From: Escherichia coli
GTDB lineage: Bacteria > Pseudomonadota > Gammaproteobacteria > Enterobacterales > Enterobacteriaceae
NCBI RefSeq assembly: GCF_044324785.1
Contig: NZ_CP172127.1
Reading direction: 5' to 3' (one strand)
DNA length: 64,000 nucleotides
Position numbers and translations under genes: made by a program. Of the stretch, positions 1-9,757 are shown one piece after another; position 1 is the stretch's first letter, and every line of letters starts with the position of its first letter. Below the pieces are notes generated by a model, which was not told where the DNA came from, ran no database searches, and worked only from the letters and a program-made list of their open reading frames with translations.

Positions 1-568
1 AGATGAAATCCCCACCGGTCCCATCTCACCAGATTGTTGACGATAATTTTACTGCCAAATTTACAGGGGCAATTAGTTTTGTAATTCCAGCTCAATCCCC
101 TGAAGACGTTGATCACCCCTCGCTCAAACACTTCATCTTTGTTCTGGTGCAGTTGTTCAAATGTGCTCAGAATGTTCGCTTCACTGACTTCCGGAAAATT
201 ATCATACTCCAGTGACCGGTACCATGTATCACGGGCCTGTGCATCCATTAAGGAAAGCATCCCTGAACGTTGCATCAGGTCACGCCAGATTTCTCGGTCA
301 AGATTCCGGGTAATGGCTTTCATTGCTGTTTCGGGTTTCTCCATCAGCCAGCAACCGCAGCGAAAATCCTGTTTCATGGCCCAGTCCGGGGCGGTTTTAC
401 CTCCAATACTTTCTGTCATTGATGAGATTTCAGCCAGTTGCCGGATAAGTGTGTCGATTTGCAGCAGTGTACTCTTTCGTACAGCCAGAATGTGGCTGAC
501 TGAGGTTGAGCAGATAACGTCCGTATGCCCGTTGACCACTTCCGGATGGGAGAGTGTGATTGCAGACA
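1..568 (-). CDS. DUF4942-like island protein, first 189 codons only (gene runs off the left edge of the window)
   Basis: Not in the supplied ORF track because it has no stop in the window. The reverse complement from the ATG at 568-566 reads MSAITLSHPEVVNGHTDVICSTSVSHILAVRKSTLLQIDTLIRQLAEISSMTESIGGKTAPDWAMKQDF... with no stop down to position 1. The listed + ORFs 3-215 and 109-594 are its antisense shadows. Family name from memory of CP4-type island ends. Confidence 0.6.
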
Positions 569-589
569 TAATTGATATTCCTTTTGGTT

Positions 590-625
590 TATAAACGAAA
601 ACGCCAGCCGTATTCAGGCTGGCGT
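590..625 (-). terminator. Possible intrinsic terminator after the DUF957 gene
   Basis: Inverted repeat acgccagcc (601-609) / ggctggcgt (617-625). On the minus strand it is followed by tttcgtttat. Confidence 0.4.
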
Positions 626-653
626 CAGTGGAATGAAGTCTGGTGAGTAAGAC

Positions 654-851
654 TCACCTGTTCTGTTGCAGAAGCTGCTGTTGGCGCAGGGTACGGATAT
701 CTTCCCTGGCCTGTTCAATGCAGGGCAGCAGTGCTGCTGAATCCGTTTTATCCTCATCGTTGTCGAAGATAATCCCTGATTCGCAGTCAATATTGTCCTG
801 CAGCCACGCAATCAGAATATCCAGCGCCGTTTCTGTGGTTAATGATTTCAT
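654..851 (-). CDS. Small acidic DUF957-like island protein (65 aa)
   Basis: ORF MKSLTTETALDILIAWLQDNIDCESGIIFDNDEDKTDSAALLPCIEQAREDIRTLRQQQ. Lies downstream of the toxin/yeeW genes, as in CP4-type islands. Family assignment from memory. Confidence 0.6.
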   Translation of the reverse strand: MKSLTTETALDILIAWLQDNIDCESGIIFDNDEDKTDSAALLPCIEQAREDIRTLRQQQLLQQNR

Positions 852-867
852 GTTGTGAATTTACGGG

Positions 868-1356
868 TTACCAGTCGAAAGTGGGGAACCCCGGCAGACA
901 TTCTGCGCCGGCGTCCAGATGAATGAGACTGACGCCATAACGCCGGGTGAGAGTGACGACCAGACGACGGAACGTTCTTGACAGGCCCAGGCGTTTAAGC
1001 CGCAGAACCGGGTACGACCATGCATCGGTACGTAACAGATAGCCGCTGCCTGTAAAATGAATCCATTCTGTTTCGCCGTCGTCATTAGTCTGGTGTGACA
1101 GCGAGTACAGCCAGGCGTTGTCCGTTTCCGTGATATGTGCGGTACTGCAACGTATGCCGGTAAGGGTTGTTAACGGTGGTGGTGTACTGGTTGACTGCTG
1201 GTCGGATTTATCGACCACGCGGAGTGAATAACCGTTTTCAGAGACCTTGTTAATCAGTTCAGCGAGATTAACACCATCGACGTCAACGACAATGCGCCCC
1301 ATGTTCAGCGCCTGCATGTTAATGCTGTCGGCTTCCGGCGTCAGGGAAAGGTTCAT
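868..1356 (-). CDS. YeeW-like protein (162 aa), third gene of the cbeA-cbtA operon
   Basis: Start overlaps the cbtA stop (1353-1356), suggesting translational coupling. Position matches yeeW in CP4-44. Function unknown. Confidence 0.6.
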   Translation of the reverse strand: MNLSLTPEADSINMQALNMGRIVVDVDGVNLAELINKVSENGYSLRVVDKSDQQSTSTPPPLTTLTGIRCSTAHITETDNAWLYSLSHQTNDDGETEWIHFTGSGYLLRTDAWSYPVLRLKRLGLSRTFRRLVVTLTRRYGVSLIHLDAGAECLPGFPTFDW

Positions 1357-1736
1357 TGTTTCGCCTCCTCCGGATGCTTGCCCAGGGTAATGTTATTTAC
1401 CATTCTGTAATTGTCCCGGGTCATCAGGCCGGTCGCCCTGCGAGCCCGGAGAATATCAATGCTGTTGATTAACTGAGACGACGGGGCTCCTGCGCTGAAT
1501 CCCGGCTGGTCAGTTCGTACCAGCACGTATTTTTCAACGAGAAAGTTCACCGCGTCACACAGTGAAATCCCTGCCTCAATATGCTGCTCAATCACACGTT
1601 CATCAGCGAACGGTGTGTCATTCAACGTAAGGCCATAGTGCTGGTCCAGCAGTCGGGTGAGCAGTGTCTGCCAGATTTCAACCGGAGACGGGCAGCGCGA
1701 TGCCGCCCGTACGTGTGTGTCGGGTAATGTTTTCAT
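1353..1736 (-). CDS. cbtA: CbtA/YeeV-family type IV toxin (127 aa)
   Basis: Within ORF 1353-1895 the internal ATG at 1736 gives [70 protein letters not shown]..., near-identical to my recollection of K-12 YeeV/CbtA. The longer listed ORF is an upstream extension overlapping cbeA. Confidence 0.85.
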   Translation of the reverse strand: MKTLPDTHVRAASRCPSPVEIWQTLLTRLLDQHYGLTLNDTPFADERVIEQHIEAGISLCDAVNFLVEKYVLVRTDQPGFSAGAPSSQLINSIDILRARRATGLMTRDNYRMVNNITLGKHPEEAKQ

Positions 1737-1812
1737 ACTGAAGGTTTTCCTGATATGCAGAGATGAAAAATGGAAAAGTGGCGTGGTGAAAGCACCAGGC
1801 CGGAGCAGAAGG

Positions 1813-2193
1813 CTATTCCGGAGGGTTACTTTCCGTTTCGGTCGCAGGATAAACAGCCAGATAAACGTAACCACAGGAGCCGAGGGTGTCGGCATCGCAG
1901 GTCAGCCCTTTCGCATACAGCGTGACGGTATGCTGATGCCGGGGATTCAGTTCACCGCTGGTGAGCATGAGTTCCAGTTGTTTCATCAGCAGTGGAAAAG
2001 CCTGGTCCAGATGGTATGCATCCGCATTGCTGAACCGGCCTCTGATACCGGCGCGGTCTGCAAGGTAATGCAACCGGTTACCCTCCTGCACCAGACGTGC
2101 CCCGAAACAGGGCGTCACGATGCAGGGCAGCCCCCACCAGGGGCGGTCTTTGTTGTCGTCGGGAAGCGTTGTCCCGGGGAGTGTGTCTGACAC
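1813..2193 (-). CDS. cbeA: CbeA/YeeU-family antitoxin (126 aa, GTG start)
   Basis: The GTG at 2193 gives [54 protein letters not shown]..., the YeeU/YfjZ/YagB family signature. Lies immediately upstream of cbtA. Confidence 0.85.
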   Translation of the reverse strand: MSDTLPGTTLPDDNKDRPWWGLPCIVTPCFGARLVQEGNRLHYLADRAGIRGRFSNADAYHLDQAFPLLMKQLELMLTSGELNPRHQHTVTLYAKGLTCDADTLGSCGYVYLAVYPATETESNPPE

Positions 2194-2203
2194 GATAAAA
2201 TCC

Positions 2204-2887
2204 TCACAGAAAATCGGTGAATGATAGTTTAACGATGACGGGGCAGCCGGCGCGCAGACCGGCTTCGGTGAAGGTATATTCGTTGATGAGAAGGGCCTCA
2301 TCCACAGCGGCGTCTGAGGTCAGCCAGTCGTACTCGTTTTCCAGTTGACGGTACAACCAGAAGGCCAGGTCGCGCAGGGCTTCGCTGACTGCGGCTTCCG
2401 CATCGGTTGTCATAGCCTGACCAGTCGGACTGTTCCGGGTGACGGTGATATCCATGCAGTACGGATGGCAGTAACGTCCCCGGTGGTGGATTTCAGCCTG
2501 CAGTTGCCAGAAGTTACGCTTCTGCACCGCCTGCAGGGCATCCGCGATACGATGAAGCTCACGGTCCTGCGGGGCATACACCCCGACTCTCCTGGCTGTT
2601 GCTGACTGCCAGTGCCAGCGTCCTTCAAAACAGGCTCCGTCCCCCTGGCTGCAGAATCCGCTGAACCAGATGCACGGCTCTTCCATAAACCTGCCGTTGC
2701 TGAGCCGGATAACACGCTGGCGGAGGTCAATCCCGAAAATGCCACAGACCTCCCTGAAGTCCCCATACACGTTTTCATACCAGTTGCTGTCAGCATGATG
2801 CTGACGGTACCAGTCGCGGGCTTTTTCCTGTGCGGTGGAGGATAGCTCATTCAGTGTATACACAGTGGTGGTGATAATTCTGCTCAT
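2204..2887 (-). CDS. Conserved-looking hypothetical protein (227 aa), Cys/His-rich, inserted between the yeeT-like gene and cbeA
   Basis: Tightly packed in the operon (19 nt after the yeeT-like stop, 10 nt before the cbeA start). Contains CIWFSGFCSQGDGAC and HHRGRYCHPYC clusters. I cannot name the family. Confidence 0.55.
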   Translation of the reverse strand: MSRIITTTVYTLNELSSTAQEKARDWYRQHHADSNWYENVYGDFREVCGIFGIDLRQRVIRLSNGRFMEEPCIWFSGFCSQGDGACFEGRWHWQSATARRVGVYAPQDRELHRIADALQAVQKRNFWQLQAEIHHRGRYCHPYCMDITVTRNSPTGQAMTTDAEAAVSEALRDLAFWLYRQLENEYDWLTSDAAVDEALLINEYTFTEAGLRAGCPVIVKLSFTDFL

Positions 2888-2905
2888 CAGAGTGCCCTTA
2901 CTGAC

Positions 2906-3127
2906 TCAGTTCAGAGTGACGTTCATCAGCCGGACATACGGGCCAAAACTGTCCTTACGGCGTTCAGCAAACACGGCCAGCACACCGGGAATATCCTGCA
3001 CTTCACGACCGGTATACGCCTCAGCACTGCCGTGCCAGCGGTATTTGCCGGTACAGAAAGGAAAAAGACGGGATGCCGGATGTTGTTGGTGAATACGCAT
3101 GGCTTCACCACGGGTGATGATTTTCAT
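2906..3127 (-). CDS. YeeT/YkfH-like DUF987 protein (73 aa)
   Basis: MKIITRGEAMRIHQQHPASRLFPFCTGKYRWHGSAEAYTGREVQDIPGVLAVFAERRKD... resembles K-12 YeeT. Synteny radC-like > yeeT-like > antitoxin. Confidence 0.7.
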   Translation of the reverse strand: MKIITRGEAMRIHQQHPASRLFPFCTGKYRWHGSAEAYTGREVQDIPGVLAVFAERRKDSFGPYVRLMNVTLN

Positions 3128-3189
3128 AGTGTGATACCTCTGAAGACAGAAGATAAAAGTGCAAACAAGCGTGATGTGGTTGTGACGGG

Positions 3190-3666
3190 TTAAAGCAGAC
3201 CATGTTCGGCAAAGGAGAAAACCTGGTTGCCACCGACTATCAGATGGTCCGGCACCCGGATATCCACCAGGCCCAGTGCCTGTACCAGACGTTCCGTGAT
3301 AAGGCGGTCTGCCTTGCTGGGTGTGACTTCACCGGACGGGTGATTGTGCGCCAGCACCACGGCAGCGGCATTGTGGTACAGGGCGCGTTTAATCACTTCC
3401 CGGGGATGGACTTCCGTGCGGTTGATGGTGCCGGTGAAGAGGGTTTCACCGGCAATCAGCTGATTCTGGTTGTTCAGATACAGCACCCGGAATTCTTCAC
3501 GCTCCAGTCCCGCCATGTTCAGAATCAGCCATTCCCGTGCCGCACGGGTGGAGGTGAAGGCCACGCCGGGTTCATGAAGATGGCGGTCCAGAGTTTTCAG
3601 GGCCCGCAGAATGAGACTGCGCTCGCCGGGCGTCATCTCTCCGGGCAGAAAGGAAAGCTGCTGCAT
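3190..3666 (-). CDS. RadC-like JAB/MPN domain protein (YeeS/YfjY/YkfG family)
   Basis: HNHPSG JAMM-type motif. MQQLSFLPGEMTPGERSLILRALKTLDRHLHEPGVAFTST... matches YeeS as I recall it. The ORF track starts 5 codons earlier, at 3681. Confidence 0.8.
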   Translation of the reverse strand: MQQLSFLPGEMTPGERSLILRALKTLDRHLHEPGVAFTSTRAAREWLILNMAGLEREEFRVLYLNNQNQLIAGETLFTGTINRTEVHPREVIKRALYHNAAAVVLAHNHPSGEVTPSKADRLITERLVQALGLVDIRVPDHLIVGGNQVFSFAEHGLL

Positions 3667-3681
3667 TGTCCCTGCCTCCAT

Positions 3682-4167
3682 TCAGTCGATGATGCGCATA
3701 ATGGCGCTGCATTCCGGATGCTGCAGGGCGTAATCCCGCAGCCGGTAATAATGGACCGTCATGGCATAACACTCCGTACGACAGGCGTGATGACTGTACG
3801 TCATCAGACAGGCAGCAATGCCGGCAGCTTCCGGACTCATTTCAGCGCGGTTACCGTTCATGGCATTGAACAGTACCCATGTTTCGTCATCATCGTCATC
3901 CGGTTCGGGTGCCATAAATGCCCCGCCGTTGTTCAGGGTGTACAGATTCCAGATACCACCGCAGTAGTCTTCACACAGACGGTCCATCCAGCCGAAGACA
4001 CGGGGCTCCAGGGCCACCCACTGTGGAATGAGGCCAAAGTGCTGCGGCCAGAAGCTGATGCGCTGTTCATCAGGGACTATGGTGGCAACCAGCTGAGGCT
4101 GGTCATTCCCTGATGCAGCGGTTACGGAAACAGAAGGAGTGGTGGAATTATGCAAGACGGTTGTCAT
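3682..4167 (-). CDS. Antirestriction protein (YfjX/YafX/KlcA, ArdB-like family), 161 aa
   Basis: Sequence ...FWPQHFGLIPQWVALEPRVFGWMDRLCEDYCGGIWNLYTLNNGGAFMAPEPDDDDDETW... is typical of the CP4 antirestriction genes. Synteny with the radC-like gene. Confidence 0.75.
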   Translation of the reverse strand: MTTVLHNSTTPSVSVTAASGNDQPQLVATIVPDEQRISFWPQHFGLIPQWVALEPRVFGWMDRLCEDYCGGIWNLYTLNNGGAFMAPEPDDDDDETWVLFNAMNGNRAEMSPEAAGIAACLMTYSHHACRTECYAMTVHYYRLRDYALQHPECSAIMRIID

Positions 4168-4258
4168 GAGATTATTCCTTATAAAAAGTAAATGAATGGA
4201 AGAAATCCCGGGGGAAGGGACAGACGTGAGTCAGAACTGCGCTTTCAGGGAAACGGCA

Positions 4259-5077
4259 TCAGCGCATACTCTCCAGCAGCGTTTCAGCCATCACCCACAA
4301 TGCGCGGTTGAGCTTAATGTCGGTGTCGATGCTGTGAATGGCACGGGTATGGATACGTTTTCCTCTGGCACTGCGACCGGAAATCCCGCCTTTCAGCATA
4401 TTCTCCTGAATGGTCTGATAAGCACTCCACAGGTCCTTACCGTAATCCTCCCGGCGTCGTGGCGTCAGAATGTCGGCGGTGGTGACGGGCCGATGTTCGT
4501 CACCATAACGGTAAGTCAGTGCCGCCTGTGCCAGCGCCTGGCGTGCCGGTGGCGGCAGAATCAGCGACTGCATGGCATCACGCTTTTCCTCAATCCGGTC
4601 AAAAACCCCCACCACCTCGTAAGCCCCTTCAATAACTTTCTCCACCACATTTCCCCGGTGCGGAACACGCACTTCCCCCAGAGACTGACCACAGACGCAT
4701 CCGTTCTGACAGACGAACCTGAAGTAACCCGGCAGCATCTGGTAGCTGGAGGTACCGTCATGGGAGTTGAGCAGAATGATTTCAGGGACATGTTCTCCGT
4801 TTATCTCTCCGGCCCGCCGCAGACGCAGCATATGTTTTGTGTATCCCCGGCGGCCCGGGTCGCGCACACGGGTCTGGCAGGCGAAGAATGGCTGAAAGCC
4901 TTCCCGCTGCAGGCTTTCCAGTACGGTGATGGTGGGAATGTACGCATATCGTTTACTGCGGGAAGTATGCCGGTCTTCACCGAAAATACTGGGAACATAG
5001 TGCATCAGTTCTTCGTGTGTCAGCGGACGGTCACGGCGTATCTGGTTCGTATAACCAAAACGACTGGCTAGTCGCAT
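4259..5077 (-). CDS. DUF932 protein (YfjQ/YafZ family), 272 aa
   Basis: MRLASRFGYTNQIRRDRPLTHEELMHYVPSIFGEDRHTSRSKRYAYIPTITVLESLQREGFQPFFACQ... matches YfjQ/YafZ from memory. Confidence 0.75.
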   Translation of the reverse strand: MRLASRFGYTNQIRRDRPLTHEELMHYVPSIFGEDRHTSRSKRYAYIPTITVLESLQREGFQPFFACQTRVRDPGRRGYTKHMLRLRRAGEINGEHVPEIILLNSHDGTSSYQMLPGYFRFVCQNGCVCGQSLGEVRVPHRGNVVEKVIEGAYEVVGVFDRIEEKRDAMQSLILPPPARQALAQAALTYRYGDEHRPVTTADILTPRRREDYGKDLWSAYQTIQENMLKGGISGRSARGKRIHTRAIHSIDTDIKLNRALWVMAETLLESMR

Positions 5078-5403
5078 AATTTGCTCCTTATGAATGAGTT
5101 AGCGGTATAAATGAAAAAGCCGCGTCTCCCGGAGAAGACACGGCCTGACAGATGAAATGAATGACGTTTATTGTCTGAGAAGCCCTTCACTGGCGAGCTG
5201 CGTATTTTTATGGAAGGAGATCACCCAATAACCCCATCGGGATCGGGTAATAACCGGCCAGACTGTGATCGATTCAGATGCCATTTGGCAGCAAAAGAGC
5301 CTTCGGCAATAAACGTGATGTACAACCCGGCATATCTGTTACTCCCTGAAAGTAAAAGGCCCCGGTCATTATGACCGGGGCCTGAAGGGGAGTGACCTGA
5401 TTA

Positions 5404-8250
5404 TCAGAAAGTCACATTCAGCGTGGCCTGACCGTTATAGCCTTCGGCGCTGCTGCCGCTGACGCTGTGGGCATAACCGGCCTGAACGCCCAGGGTGATA
5501 TTTTCCCGGACACGGGCTTCCAGTCCGGCCTGCAGGTCCAGTGACGTGCCATTCTGGGACGGTGAGAACGTCATGTTACTGCCGGCGGCGGCTGTCCCCA
5601 TGCTCATGTCACCCCGGGAACTGAAGGTGCGGATAACAGAAGGCTGTACCCACCAGTTCACCGGCAGTTCACGCACACGGTGTTTTGCACTGTCGCGCAG
5701 GGTGTCACGGGATGAGGTGCCTTCACCAAAGCTCATATCGTTGTGGCTGCCCAGACGGAAGCCGGCACGCATATGTTGTGCACTGCCATGCCCGAACTTC
5801 ACATAACCGGCGTTATCCTGGCCGTCATCCAGGGAAAGTCCCTGCCAGGTGTACTGCAGTTGTGGTTCCAGCATCAGGTTGTCAGTGATACTGAAGGGCA
5901 GACCGGTTTCCAGTGAGCCCAGCCAGCCCCAGCCCCGGGCGCGGAAGTCGTTATTGTCCGATGACGCTTTCATGCTGTGGCGGGTTCCCTGTGCCATAAT
6001 GTCAGCCCACAGGCCGGAGGACGTGTGTACCAGATTCAGGTATCCGCCCAGGCTGCCGGCATCATCCCGGACCGTGCCGGCGCGGGAGCCGTCATCATCC
6101 TTAACATCAACGGAAGAATGGCCAGCAGCACTATATACCCCCGCGGTCACAGACATACCGGCAACCTCTGTTCTCAGCAGGTCACTCTCCAGACGGACGA
6201 AGCCATAGCTGCCGCTGCTTTCCGGCGTGGCCCCACGGGCAATACCGCCGTTGTTATCGTGACCGAGATGACCGCCCTGAATGCTGAGACGGACGCTGTT
6301 ATTTTCACCGTTTACACCGGTCTGATGGCTGCGGGAGCCTGCCAGAATCCGGTCATAGTCCATTGCCTGTGTCAGCATGGAGGCATACAGGGGGACTTCA
6401 GCACGATAAGCATTTTCACTGCGCAGGTACCAGTCTTCATCGCTGTCACGGTTCAGGGTGTAGTTAAAGGCACCGGCCTGAAGCGGGCGACTCAGGGCAA
6501 ACGCACCTTCTTCTGTGGTGGCACCATTCTGTGCATCCACAACCCGGATACCCTGTCCGGAAGTTGCCACCCCGAGGTTACTGTTTCCGACATTTGTGAA
6601 CGCAAGCCAGGTTTTGCCGGTTGCCTGACCACCATTAATCACCAGCTGGTCAGAGGCATTGCTGCCATCAAGGCGAACACGCATATTGATGGTGCCACCC
6701 TGACCGGTGAGGTTACTGGTGGTCAGTTTATGGAACGTTACCGGGGCGTCGCCTTTTGCAACAGCACGGCTCAGGACGGCATCCTGTGTCGTCTGATTAT
6801 CAAAGCGAATCTCCCCTGCGTTAACAATATCGCCGGTACTGACCACATCACCATTCAGTACCATGCTGGCGCCTTTACTGAGCTGTGTTCTGCCACTCAG
6901 ACTTCCCCCGGCAGCCAGCGTCAGTGTTCCACGATGTCCGACAGTGGTGTTGCCAGCCTGTCCCCCGGCATTAACCGTAAAGCTGCCGCCATTTTCCAGC
7001 AGCAGGCCGCTGGCCTGACCGGATATGCCATCAATACTGAACTTACCGCTGGCATTGGTCCCCTCAACAGTGGCACCACTGTCTGCAATCAGGGCACCAC
7101 CGGATGTCATGGTGACACCTGTCGCCTTACCACCGGCAGACACTGCCAGGGTACCGCCGTCATCCACCCGTGTTTTCTGCGCTGAATGACCCTCCAGTAC
7201 ATCCAGACGACCGCCGGACTCCAGAACAACACCGTCAGCCTTACCGTTTTCCACCGCGAAATTGCCCAGACGGTTGCTGCCGGTGACGGTTGCCGCCGTA
7301 CTGGTGACCAGTGCGCCTCCCTGCTTCAGGGTGACATTCGTGGCTGTACCACCGGCGTTCACCTGCAGTTTGCCTTTCTGGTTAACGGTGGTGAAATCCG
7401 CCAGACCACCTTCCTTGATAATCTGCCAGCCGTCACTGTTCACAACAGTGTCAGACGTTGTACCGCCGTTGTGTACATACTGGTTACCGCCATTCAGCGT
7501 GGTATCCAGTGCGTGGCCATGTACCGTCTGGTCGCCGCCGGCATAAACCACAGTGGTATTTGCTGTTCCTTCAACAGTCACAATCTGACGACCATTTTTA
7601 TTGATGGTGGTACGTACGGCATTTCCGCGAACAAACTGCCCGGTATCACCATTTTCTGCATCCGGTCCTCCTTCTGCGCCGGTATTCACAACGGTGTCTG
7701 TTGCCACTGCGCCGGGTTTGACGACCTGCCAGCCCTTATCATTAATGACGGTTCCTGTGGCTATCGCACCTTCATGCATCCACTGCTCGCCACCATTCAG
7801 CGTGGTGTTCAGTGCCAGTCCCTTCAGGCTTTGTCCGCCTCCTTCATTGATTATTGTGTCTGTAGCCTTTCCCCCGGCACCTACAAACTGGAGCCCGCCG
7901 CTGCTGATGGTGGTATTACTGGCTGTGCCGCCATCCTGTACCCATTGCCCGCCGGTATTGGCCTCGTTATCCGTCCCATACTCCAGCCCGGTACTGATGG
8001 TCATTCCGTTGGTCGTACCGAAGACAATCTGGTTGTCATGATTTGTCAGTGTTCCGCCGTTCACGGTTTCTCCCGCCTCTACAACCGTGTCAGCAGCCAG
8101 TGCCGGGACTGGCGTGACAGCAGCAAGAGACAGCGCAACCGCCACACCGGCGCGTTTTCCCCGTGAGCGGGCCAGTTCGGAAGCCACCACCAGGGTGCCC
8201 GTAATGTGATTCCATACCAGCCTGTAGCTGGTGTTCAGATGTCGTTTCAT
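5404..8250 (-). CDS. flu: Antigen 43-type self-associating autotransporter adhesin (948 aa from the MKRHLNTSYRLVWNH start)
   Basis: Extended signal peptide MKRHLNTSYRLVWNHITGTLVVASELARSRGKRAG. Gly/Thr/Asn-rich beta-helical repeats. C-terminal barrel ends ...GQATLNVTF. The track ORF begins 25 codons upstream, at 8325. Confidence 0.88.
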   Translation of the reverse strand: MKRHLNTSYRLVWNHITGTLVVASELARSRGKRAGVAVALSLAAVTPVPALAADTVVEAGETVNGGTLTNHDNQIVFGTTNGMTISTGLEYGTDNEANTGGQWVQDGGTASNTTISSGGLQFVGAGGKATDTIINEGGGQSLKGLALNTTLNGGEQWMHEGAIATGTVINDKGWQVVKPGAVATDTVVNTGAEGGPDAENGDTGQFVRGNAVRTTINKNGRQIVTVEGTANTTVVYAGGDQTVHGHALDTTLNGGNQYVHNGGTTSDTVVNSDGWQIIKEGGLADFTTVNQKGKLQVNAGGTATNVTLKQGGALVTSTAATVTGSNRLGNFAVENGKADGVVLESGGRLDVLEGHSAQKTRVDDGGTLAVSAGGKATGVTMTSGGALIADSGATVEGTNASGKFSIDGISGQASGLLLENGGSFTVNAGGQAGNTTVGHRGTLTLAAGGSLSGRTQLSKGASMVLNGDVVSTGDIVNAGEIRFDNQTTQDAVLSRAVAKGDAPVTFHKLTTSNLTGQGGTINMRVRLDGSNASDQLVINGGQATGKTWLAFTNVGNSNLGVATSGQGIRVVDAQNGATTEEGAFALSRPLQAGAFNYTLNRDSDEDWYLRSENAYRAEVPLYASMLTQAMDYDRILAGSRSHQTGVNGENNSVRLSIQGGHLGHDNNGGIARGATPESSGSYGFVRLESDLLRTEVAGMSVTAGVYSAAGHSSVDVKDDDGSRAGTVRDDAGSLGGYLNLVHTSSGLWADIMAQGTRHSMKASSDNNDFRARGWGWLGSLETGLPFSITDNLMLEPQLQYTWQGLSLDDGQDNAGYVKFGHGSAQHMRAGFRLGSHNDMSFGEGTSSRDTLRDSAKHRVRELPVNWWVQPSVIRTFSSRGDMSMGTAAAGSNMTFSPSQNGTSLDLQAGLEARVRENITLGVQAGYAHSVSGSSAEGYNGQATLNVTF

Positions 8251-8467
8251 CAGCTTTTCCTTACAGAGGGTGAATAAAAAAGCCGGTACCCACAAATGTG
8301 GATACCGGCAGGTACAAAACAGCATGGTCAGATAAAGTGGTTTTTCCCGGACATAAATGCTTCCCCTCTCTCATCCGCCAGAGAAGTATCAGTCCGTTGT
8401 GTGCAATTCCGTTCTGCATGATGAAGAGATTCAGCTGCCTTTTCGCAGACCATTAACCACCATAAAC

Positions 8468-8503
8468 GATCGATGACAACGATCGATACCTGTTTTATCG
8501 ATC
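8468..8503 (-). promoter_or_regulatory. agn43-type Dam/OxyR phase-variation switch (three clustered GATC sites)
   Basis: GATC at 8468-8471, 8481-8484 and 8500-8503, within cgatcgatgacaacgatcgatacctgttttatcgatcg. About 220-250 nt upstream of the flu start. Confidence 0.65.
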
Positions 8504-8621
8504 GTTTTATTCTATTAACAGCAAGGCAGTCACGCAAGAGAAAGAGGTGGGTATGAGGTGTTTGTATCATGTTTTCAGTTGGTTAACGCAATGTAATCAG
8601 GCATTTCCCCTGGCAGAATGT

Positions 8622-9494
8622 TCAGAAGAAAATCCAGTTCCATACAGCGCGGGCAACAGAGACCACCGTGTCACGGACGACACGCAGAACCGTACGAGCC
8701 ACAGAGGCAACACAGACGCTCTCCGCCGTGTCAAATATCCGGTCCACCGCACCGGTAAACTGTTCACGGGCCTGCCCCCGGACAGATTCCGTGCACAGCT
8801 CGTCCTGCAGGCGGGTCATCAGGGGACTGGCGGCATGGTCGGGAAGTGCTGTCATGAGCGCACTGACCAGCGTATCCAGTTCCCAGCCGGTGCGGGCCGA
8901 TACGGCCACAACCGGATGTACGGGCCGGAACAGACGGAATACCGCCTCCGTTTTTTCGCGAATGTTCTGTGCCTGTGCGGGAGAAGGCTGAATACCGGCC
9001 ATATCCCATTCATGGCAGGGCTCCGTTTTATCGGCCTGCGTCACCACAAACAGCACCTGCTGATGTCCCCGGTGCAGGATGTGTCGCCAGAAATACTCAT
9101 CCACAGACAGGGCACGGTCATCGGCTTTAATCAGCCACAGTACCAGGTCAAGTTCAGGCAGAATGTCACGGTACAGGGCTTCATACTCTGCATCCCTGTC
9201 CCGGCTCTCGCCCACCCCGGGCAGGTCAGTGATAACCATGCTGTGACCGTGGCCACTCAGACGGAAGCGCCGCACTTCCCGGGTGCCGGCGTGAACATCA
9301 CTGACCGGGGTGACCTCCCCCTGAAACAGTGCATTACAGAGTGAGGATTTACCGGCCCCGCTTTTCCCCATAATGCCAATCACGGGTTCGTGACTGGTGA
9401 GTTTACGCAGATGTTCCAGGATGTGACGGGAAAGTGAGTAAGGCAGGGAAGAAAGTGGTTTTTCAATTGCCTCAATGGCATCAGACGGATTCAT
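8622..9494 (-). CDS. YeeP/YfjP/YkfA-family GTPase (290 aa from MNPSDAIEA)
   Basis: P-loop GKSGAGKSS, DLPG switch motif, CP4-type synteny upstream of Ag43. The track ORF starts 13 codons earlier, at 9533. Confidence 0.75.
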   Translation of the reverse strand: MNPSDAIEAIEKPLSSLPYSLSRHILEHLRKLTSHEPVIGIMGKSGAGKSSLCNALFQGEVTPVSDVHAGTREVRRFRLSGHGHSMVITDLPGVGESRDRDAEYEALYRDILPELDLVLWLIKADDRALSVDEYFWRHILHRGHQQVLFVVTQADKTEPCHEWDMAGIQPSPAQAQNIREKTEAVFRLFRPVHPVVAVSARTGWELDTLVSALMTALPDHAASPLMTRLQDELCTESVRGQAREQFTGAVDRIFDTAESVCVASVARTVLRVVRDTVVSVARAVWNWIFF

Positions 9495-9757
9495 ACATGT
9501 ATTCCCGGTGAAAAAAGACAAAACCCCGCGCACCGGAAAGGTGGCGGGGGATTCACGGAGATAATATCTGTCTGAAATTATTTAGAATGCACCTGGTGCA
9601 CTGCAAAGGAAAGGCAATATTCCGTTCCTCCTCCTTGTCGTGAATACCCCAGGTATCTCACAATGTACACCGACTTACTCCGGGGCTGCCTGAACCACAA
9701 GATTGCTGTAGAATTGCCCCCAATGATTCAGGTCCAAACCAGGAAAATGGATTAAAA

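Noticed and set aside
3202-4113. 303-aa plus-strand ORF spanning the radC-like and antirestriction genes
   Set aside because: It lies antisense to two well-supported minus-strand genes with recognisable motifs (HNHPSG, the acidic antirestriction patch). Its composition is biased (Gly/His/Gln/Val) and it resembles no family I know.
5495-8166. Many long plus-strand ORFs (103-402 aa) inside the Ag43 gene
   Set aside because: They are antisense shadows of a repetitive Gly/Thr-rich autotransporter gene. Their translations are low-complexity (Pro/Ala/Cys/Arg-rich), they lack start contexts, and the minus-strand frame has the signal peptide and beta-barrel.
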